Shown here: one piece after another, positions 55,232 through 64,000 of the stretch
How the letters are laid out: every line of letters begins with the position of its first letter
Numbering within the stretch: position 1 is the first letter of the stretch
Assembly: GCF_009914755.1 (NCBI RefSeq)
Contig: NC_060925.1
Strand: one strand, 5' to 3'
DNA length: 64,000 nucleotides
Origin: the human T2T-CHM13v2.0 reference genome, Homo sapiens
Notes under the pieces: generated by a model
What the model saw: the letters and a program-made list of their open reading frames with translations, nothing else
Databases searched by the model: none
Told to the model about the DNA's origin: nothing
Position numbers and translations under genes: made by a program

Positions 55232-57465
55232 GAGGCCCAACCAGCTTTTGGCAAAGTTTAAGAAGGTTTTCTAAAGGAAATAGCCAGGAGCTGAATCCTG
55301 AAGGAGAGGAGCCATGTGACCAAAAAGAGGAGACCATCCAGGCAGAGGAAACTGCTTAAAATGGCCAGAGGCCCAGAACAGAGTAGGTAGGTGGTAATGG
55401 AAGCAGTTCACTGTTACCAACATGAAGGTGGGAGAGAGGAGGCCAGTGTGGTGGACAAGGGCAAGGTTGTGGTGGGAATTTCATACCTTTCCCAGCCTTT
55501 TCCATCAATTCCTGGCTATCTTGTTTCTCTTTCATACAGTAACAGCCCAGCAGCTGATGGGAATGAGGTGGACAGCACACAGGTGCTCTCCCAAATCTTG
55601 CTGGACTTGAAATGTTCTTCTTTGGTAATCCTTCTCTAGCACGTTAGCAATATTTGATATTATTTGGTGAAGCTATGCTAGTCTTTTAGACCCTCTTCCA
55701 AATTCATAAAAGGAATGTTTATTTAATCAATTCAAATGAAGCTTCTGGGCTTCTTTGAGACTGCAACTCTATGCTTTTAAAATGGGTCACAACTATTTTC
55801 AGTGTTAGGAAAATATTAAAATGAAGTTATTAATTAAGTCACACAATTTACATTTCAAATGTGTTGAACTCATGGCATACTTTTACTAACATCATAAATA
55901 TAATTTATTGGCTAATTTTCTCCTTAAGCACAACTTTTAAAATAACCTTCATACTTGAGATATAGACTTTCCTTTTGCCAGATGATTTTCACTCAAGGAT
56001 TAAACGAGAAAAACATGTAGAGGCATAAAACATAGATTGTTATTTCATTCCATTGGTTTGCTGTTTAAATAGAACCTTGAGTTAATTAAATTTTATAGAA
56101 AAAGGGGATTCTTGGGCCATAAAATTAAAAATAATCCTAATAACCATATGTGGTCAAGAATCTGAAATAGTATCTATTTTCACAGGCCTCCTCCCCATGT
56201 TAACCCCAGTCCTTTTATTTGTAAGCTAATAAACCATGTTCCATCTGATAATACTGCTCTAATGAATCATTTTAAAAGCCTCAAGAGAATAAAACTAACA
56301 ATTCACATTTGCAAAACACTTTATAGTTTGCAATACAGTTTCAAATACATTATCATCGTGTTTGATACTCACTGAGCCCCGTAAAGTCAACAGCATAGGC
56401 GCCATTGTCACTATCTATGTTTCACAGATGAACTAGCTGAGGCTGAGGTTAAGTGACTCGCCTCTGATCAGTCAGCTAAAAGCAGCTGGGATGGACTTGA
56501 CCCACACACCCACCAGCATCTTGTTCATCGATCCATCACTTTACCAAACCTTAGTTAGCCTTGCTAAATAGTGGAAGTCCAGCTCTACAACATTCTCTAA
56601 CCAGAAATCTGGGTTGCTAGGAGGTCTTCCATGATGCACATCCATTTGAGGTCATTTGGAATGTCAGCTTGAGATGTCTATTTGCCAGAGAGTAAGGCCC
56701 TTCCATTACTGGCATTTCAAATGTCTCCTGGTAAAGAGAGATGTAGCTGGAGATGGCAGTTTTGCCCCTTTTTTAGCCCCCTGGGCATTTTCCAGGGGTA
56801 AGAAGAGTGATATTGGAAGGTGTACAGGACAGTGAAGGAAAAGTAGCTTCGATGTTTAGGGAGGTAGTCCCCCAGTATCTCCATCAGGCCTGTTCTCTCC
56901 CCAGTCATTCTTTGATATGAACAAGTGATGGTTTTTCAGTAATATCTAGTTCAAGATTAGTATACTGGTCCTTCCAACTAGATCACTGCAACTAGACCCC
57001 TAGGCCTTTCCCAAAGAGAAATTCTGAAGGCACCATTGATGGAGGCTGAGATGTCATGGCTGACCCCGAAAACACCTTCTCACAGACCCATTCCCTATGT
57101 TTTGGCATCAGGAGTTCTGTGACCCTTCAGTGGGCAGACATGGGAGTTCCTACCTTGCATCAGCTACCAAGAGCAAGGGCTACAGAGATAGGTAAGGCAC
57201 ATTCCTGTTCCTATTGTCATAAGCTGGCTGTTTTATGGAAACACAGACCCAGAGACACAATCAATGGAGGAGAGAAGCACAGGGGGTTATGAAAGAAGAG
57301 ACCATCTCAGGGTCTGACATGTGCTCCTCCTCCCACCTAGAACACTCATTCCTTCTCCCACACATCCTTCAGGACGCAAATTAGAAGGCTTTCTGTTTTG
57401 CTTCCTATGAAGTGGCTTCCTAACTCAATTTGTACCCTATTCCATTGCCCATGATACTCCCAGAT

Positions 57466-57637
57466 CAGTGGTTCTCAACCTTGGTTGCACATTGAGATCA
57501 TCTGCGGAAAAATTATTGATGCCTGGTTCCCACCCCTAAAGATTCAGAATTAATTGGTTTGAGGTAAAACCTAGTCACTGGAACTTGGAAAGCTCTCCTG
57601 ATGATTCCAATTTGATGCCAAGGTTGAAGATTTTTGT
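57466..57637. mobile_element. MER5A-like
   Basis: CAGTGGTTCTCAACCTTGG.TGCACATT...GATTC...TTAATTGGT. Confidence 0.7.
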
Positions 57638-58051
57638 CCTAGAGGTTTCCCAATACTGTATTTAGGAGTGGTAATATTCATTGGCTTCTGTATCAATCAA
57701 TTTGAACAGATGTTGACTGCAACCAATATATTTATACCAGGTTATACTGACTGAATAGCAACCTCGCCTGTTTTTTATTCCCAGTGGTGTACTTGGCACG
57801 TCCTGTTCATGTATCTGAATTCCTACTATATCATGTTATACTACATATATTACACTAAGCTAGGCGAGGCTCTACTGTCATATCTTATCCCAGGCAATGT
57901 TGCACTATGTTACACTGTGAGCTTCTTTAGGAAAGCCCCTTTCCTCCATCTCTAGCATCTGTTAGGATGCCTGGGACATGTTAGAGGTTTGAAAAATATT
58001 GCTGGATGAAAAGAAGGGGTGCTATCTCCTCTCCAACATACACTTTTGTTT

Positions 58052-58073
58052 ACACACACACACACACACACAC
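58052..58073. repeat. (CA)n microsatellite; (UG)n in DAB1 pre-mRNA
   Basis: Directly visible; another (CA)n lies at ~19047-19069. Confidence 0.9.
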
Positions 58074-58265
58074 GTGTACATACACTCTCACTATCTGACC
58101 TCATGGCAGGGCCCACCAATAGTCTTCCTGGGGACATTTGAATAGGTACCTACTAGAGCAGAGCAGGGCAGGAAATCTGCCATTCATGCAAGCTGGATGA
58201 AGAGAATATGGAATGCATGAGTATGAGCAGAACAACCTAATTTAACACAAACCTCAAGGCCTTAC

Positions 58266-58313
58266 CTTCGTTGCCTCAAAAATCTCATCAAAGTCTGTGG
58301 GCAGGTTTCTGTT
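58266..58313 (-). CDS. DAB1: DAB1 alternative exon 9c (48 nt, NRNLPTDFDEIFEATK)
   Basis: CAG acceptor (58314-58316) and GTAAGG donor; phase 0-0; second half of the long-isoform insert; 89-nt intron to 9b. Confidence 0.93.
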
Positions 58314-58320
58314 CTGTAAC

Positions 58321-58530
58321 CACAAGGCATGACTGATGAGCATGAAATGAATGATGAGAAAATGACATGAAACAGTTAACCAGAGAGGGCTGTAATTCTT
58401 ACCGGGGTGGCTGCAGCAAACCGTTCTTCAAAATCCTCAAACGAATAGCCATTCTGAAAGTGGAAGGGATGATGAATGAGGATGAAGTGAATGACACACA
58501 AATGACATGGATTTATGAGTTTAATGATGA
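58321..58530 (-). promoter_or_regulatory. NOVA-type YCAY clusters upstream of exons 9b and 9c (splicing silencers)
   Basis: About 12 YCAY in 58459-58530 and 8 TCAT in 58329-58370; NOVA2 repression of these Dab1 exons in neurons is established. Confidence 0.85.
58403..58453 (-). CDS. DAB1: DAB1 alternative exon 9b (51 nt, NGYSFEDFEERFAAATP)
   Basis: CAG acceptor (58454-58456) and GTAAGA donor; phase 0-0; peptide matches the first half of the 33-aa insert I recognise from the long DAB1 isoform. Too short for the ORF track. Confidence 0.93.
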
Positions 58531-58807
58531 CAGTATCTATGGTTCACACTTCCGTGGTCTCAGTAGGCGGGAGCTGTTTCCAATGTCTGTGAAAATCTTG
58601 GAATATGTTTCTAGCATAAGCAGATGATAAAACATGGGTCTGATTAGGAAATACAGCAATGGTAAATTTGTAAGTTTAAAGTCCATCTTCCTGCAATTAG
58701 AGACATTGCCCCGCAGTTACAGACATCAGCAATGACCATGGATAAGAGCATGCTGTTTACACCTGAGATTTTTCTTTTAAAAGAATAGAATGTCATCTTG
58801 TGCTTTA

Positions 58808-59350
<543 letters not shown>

Positions 59351-60721
59351 TCAAGCAGCTGGTAGAGGGTCTCCCCCTGCAGCTGGTAGAGGCTCTGGCA
59401 CATAGCAGTCCTCAAAAATACAGAAATGAATGCACATTCGAGAAGTAGCTGGCAGTGGGCAACATTTAATTGCTTTGTTAACTTTGTATTTTATTGTTTA
59501 TATTACACATTATAGGTATGTACAATATATCATATACATGTATATCTTAATGGCCATGTTCTAGTCTATGTATAAGCTAATTATTCTTTGGATGATTTCC
59601 AAATAGTAAAACATTAATATAAATCTGCTAATATGGACATTAAAATGGAGTTATTACGCATGAATAGTTTTGAGGAGAGCTTTTGGCAATGCAGGAGTGG
59701 GAAAACTATCACCCATAGCCTCGTAGTACTGTGCTTTGTCAGGATTTGCTTTCACCCTGTCTATAGGACATGTGACTGTTACTTCCCTCAGCCCCAGTTA
59801 CAAAGTGCAGAGCAGAGCAGAGTGGAAGAATCAATGTGCCCAGGCCCTCTAAGGCAGAGCCTTCAGGTCAACCACCAACCACCTGTTTCCACCAGCCCAT
59901 GGTTCAACATGACTTAACTGTGGCTTCAATGAGAGGAAAAGCCACCACATCAAATAACCATAGACATTATTATAATTATTATTTGGCCAGAGGTGGGGAG
60001 AGGTGGTGAGACAATATTAGTCTAAGTGATCCTATCATCTATGGTGTGGCCTAAGAGGTTAAGGTTATGTCGCTACATCCTTTATAAATTCACACACTCC
60101 TAGCAATTTATGGCAGAGCCCCTACCAACTAGCTCTGGGTCATAACTTTTAATAAAAACATTTTTTAGTGTCCAAAATCTCATTACATCTGTCCAATATA
60201 AAAAAGCAAATGGCTTCGGAGCATGATGGATGAATTAAATAAATTTGAAAAACAGCCTGTGGAAGAGGCTCATAAAACCCCCCACCATGTCCCATATAAT
60301 GAAAATGTGGGAGGATAACCAGTGTCAGCATGAGCGTGTTGTCACCTTCCTGGGAAAGGAGAGGTGGCCTTTGGAGAGGTGTGGAGCTGAGGTGTGATGA
60401 GGCGATTTCTTTGAATTCAGTTGAAGATTGATCTGAGCAGATGAACAAATGCATTTTTTTGGAATCACATAGATATGGACCGGGTCTTGGTCACGTCAGG
60501 CCATGGATGTGCTGGCCATGTAACCCTTGACAAGTCAATTAACCTCAGTTTTCTCATCTTTAAAGTGGAGTGGGTAATGACATCATGGCAAGTTTATTGA
60601 GCAGTTTAATTGAGATGTGTGTGCAAAGTCTTGTTTGGTGTTTAGCACATAGTAGATGCCCAAGGAATAGTAGCTATTATTATCTTCTCCTATTTTTGGC
60701 TCATTTCAGTAACGCACATGC

Positions 60722-61123
<402 letters not shown>

Positions 61124-62766
61124 TAGACCTCCCATCCTTACTCCTGAACCCTTCAATCCATTCTTGACTCCATCTTCTCTCTTTTGCCCTGCTCTTGGCT
61201 ACAGTCTTGCCTGATCATCTTCATCCCATCCGTATCTTTTTTTTACCTTGTGTCTACCTTACTGTTCTAACTCTGGCTCAGTCATTTCTCAGAGCTGCTC
61301 TCTTACAGCTACCTGTTTGGGGCAACCTTTGGAGACACCCAGTGCACTTCCTCCAGCCAGTGGGGAGATGCTGCCAGCTAATAAATACACTTTTTCCCAG
61401 GTGATTCTTATAGACAAAAACTGATCTACTCCCTAGTCTCTCCAAATTGCTAAATCTTGTTTTACCCACAATTACCACTTGAGTTCTAATTCATTTATAT
61501 TAAAGTCTTTTTTGTTTTGTTTCTTACAGATTTTTTTCATACTATCATAGCATGTACACAGTTTTGTATTCTTTTAAAAACTCAACATGACATCAAATTT
61601 ACTCGCAACTTAAGCTTCCAGTGAGGAAATATAAAAGAAGATATTCTCATGTTGTTTCAATATGGTTCTGGCTTGAATCATCATTAAAACATGGAAATAA
61701 AGTTCCCACAGGGAGTTTATCTTCCTATAATCTCTTTTCAAAACAGTGGGGACACTATGATTCCATTACTGAGTAAGGCAACAAGGAAGACCAGATTCAT
61801 GTTATTCTTACAGGAAAAATGACAGTGGATAAGGGACTTGGGATAAAAAAAATCTCACAAAGGAAGAAAATCTTTTTTATGGCTTCCAAATCAGAAACCT
61901 GCTGTGGTTCTCACTCCTGACTGCACAGTGTAATCCTTTGGGGCAGCTACTAATGCCAGAGCCACATCATCAGAGATTTGGATTGTACTGGTCTAGGGTG
62001 GGGCCCTGGCATCAGTAGGTTTTAAAAGCTCCCCACGCTATGCTAATGTGCAGCCGGATTTGCAAATCACCATGCTGGGGAATAAACTCTCAGTAGGAAT
62101 AATTAGCAGAAGGTTCCTAGGAAAACTGAAGCTGCCTTGATTGATTATGCAATTGATTAATTAGTTTCTTCAATGAACATTCACTGGGTGCTTTCCACAT
62201 GTCATGTCCTGGCTGGGCACTGGAGATACCTAGATGAATAACACATGGTCCTTCTTTTCATAAGGTCAGAGCAGAGCTATGCTGTATAATCTTTGTAGCT
62301 TGGGGTGGACAGTTGTGTGACAAGGACCACACAAGGCTTCTAGATCTAAACTCAGAGCTCAGACCAAGGCTGAAAAACAAAAAACACAAAACGAAACAAA
62401 AATTCAATTATCCATTTAGAAGGCTCAAGAGAAATGGATTAACTTAAGTGATTTGTAACTGCACTAAGGTGGGTACTATTAAGGACACCTACAGATTCCA
62501 GGCATCTGAATGCATGTTACATTTCCCTAATGAAGGATTTAACAAGGAAGACACATGCTAATGGAGACTAATTCCTTCTGGGTTATCTAGGAGTTTATGC
62601 TATGCTCTTTATCACCTTTACCCAAGAGTGAACAGCCACTTTCCCATTTCTTGGCAGAGAGAGATGGGAAAGCTCTGTTTGGCAATTGAAGAACAAGGGC
62701 AAGTGGCTTGAGGTGGGGAATAGAAACTCTGATTTTAATAAATGGTTTAATAAATGGTCTAGAGAC

Positions 62767-62963
62767 CAGCCCTGTCCAATAGAACTTCTTGGGATGATGT
62801 AAAGTTCTCTATCTGTGCTGTCCAATACAGCAGTCAGTAGATACATGCACACTTCAAATATGGCTAGCATGCCTGATGAACTAAATTTTAAATTTTATTA
62901 CATTTTCATTATTTTTGATTTAATAGCTTCATGTGGCTAGTGGCTACAGTATTGGACAGCACG
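62767..62963. mobile_element. MER3
   Basis: CTGTCCAATAGAACTT...TATTGGACAGC; flanked by TCTAGA-containing target sites. Confidence 0.8.
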
Positions 62964-64000
62964 ACTCTAGATAAAATATATTAAAAAATAAACTTCCAGT
63001 TAATGGGGTGCTTCCTAAATACTAGACATAGTCCTTCCTTACATATTCTCTTCTATTCTTTTAAAGAATATCCTATATTTGCATTGACTGGAAGATGTCT
63101 GTGGGAGAATTGATTTTTTTGCTATGTCTAGACAGTACCATGAAATCAAATTCAGTTTGCAAAAGCAGCCGACTTCTTCTAGCTATAAGAGGTTTTTTTT
63201 CATTGCCGGAGCTAAGTGAAAGCCAGATATTTGTGGAGTTTTTTAGAAGAAAGTTAAGATTCATGTTTCAAATGGAAATCCATGAAGCTTCATTAGAACT
63301 GAAACAAAATGGAATCCCATTTAATGCCAAAATGTGCCAGGCCTACTGAGATTTGGGGATCGGTGGTCTTGCTGGACTCAATACCTTGATCTAATAGAGA
63401 AATTGGTGCCTCTTTGAGGTTTTGTCTTTATAATGATTGAGACGTTGCCTCTAATTACTCCAATTTGGGCCTCACTTTAGCAGCTAATAGTCCTCCTTCT
63501 TCCAGCTTCCAATTCAGGAGGATCCCAAAGGTTGTACAGAAGGTTGGAGGATAAAGGGAAATGCTTCAATCTTACAATAAAAGTTACATCTTCCCTTGAA
63601 GTGCTCACACGTGTAATATATCCACAAATCCTTGGACAACAAAATATTTACATCCAGATTCTTACAAATTAAGCTGATTCTTGAAATGTTCTTTCTTAAT
63701 ATGCAAGGGGAAGTTCGGCATGGGGAATGTTGGTGCAAGGATTTTGCTGGCACCTTATTAAGACATTGCAAGAAACGCAGAACCCAGTGGACAAAGTTCA
63801 GGGTGCTAAGCTGACCTGAACGGGCTAACGCAAATGACAGGGCATAGCTGTGGGTAAAGCCTCTGCCTCTGGATTCTTGGCCTTCTCAACTTTCATCTAA
63901 TGTCAAGAAAACTAATTTGCTTGCAAGTGAAAACACTGAGCACTTTTAAAGTGAGAAATGTGATGGTTTCAGGAGAGGCAGAGTGAGGGAATGAAAAGTT

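Noticed and set aside
52897-55254. Several 60-150-aa ORFs
   Set aside because: All lie within the THE1A element, with no intact long internal ORF.

Overview
Primate, almost certainly human, genomic DNA containing the 3' end of DAB1 (Disabled-1, Reelin-pathway adaptor) on the minus strand. Supported gene parts: the alternative mini-exons 9b and 9c (58403-58453, 58266-58313) inside dense NOVA-type YCAY clusters, coding exons 10-14 (50862-50924, 48412-48520, 39769-40317, 36031-36158, 35566-35676, stop at 35581-35583), a 12.5-kb intron just after the stop, and a ~3.35-kb terminal exon (23010 to ~19660) with three AATAAA signals. Exon numbers are the usual coding-exon numbering from memory. The rest is intronic or intergenic DNA rich in Alu, MIR, L1, L2, THE1/MST LTRs (including a full-length THE1A) and MER DNA transposons; repeat families and boundaries were called by eye. 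Best leads: (1) the nominally non-coding last exon opens with an in-frame ORF, EPEPLYAQINRPKK*, an EPIYA-like phosphotyrosine motif that would become the C-terminus if the symmetric, RBFOX-motif-flanked exon 14 were skipped; (2) a ~0.5-kb, ~94% identical inverted duplication (8048-8560 / 11481-11963) with a TA-repeat at one end and a templated insertion at another; (3) exons 9b and 9c look like an old tandem exon duplication.
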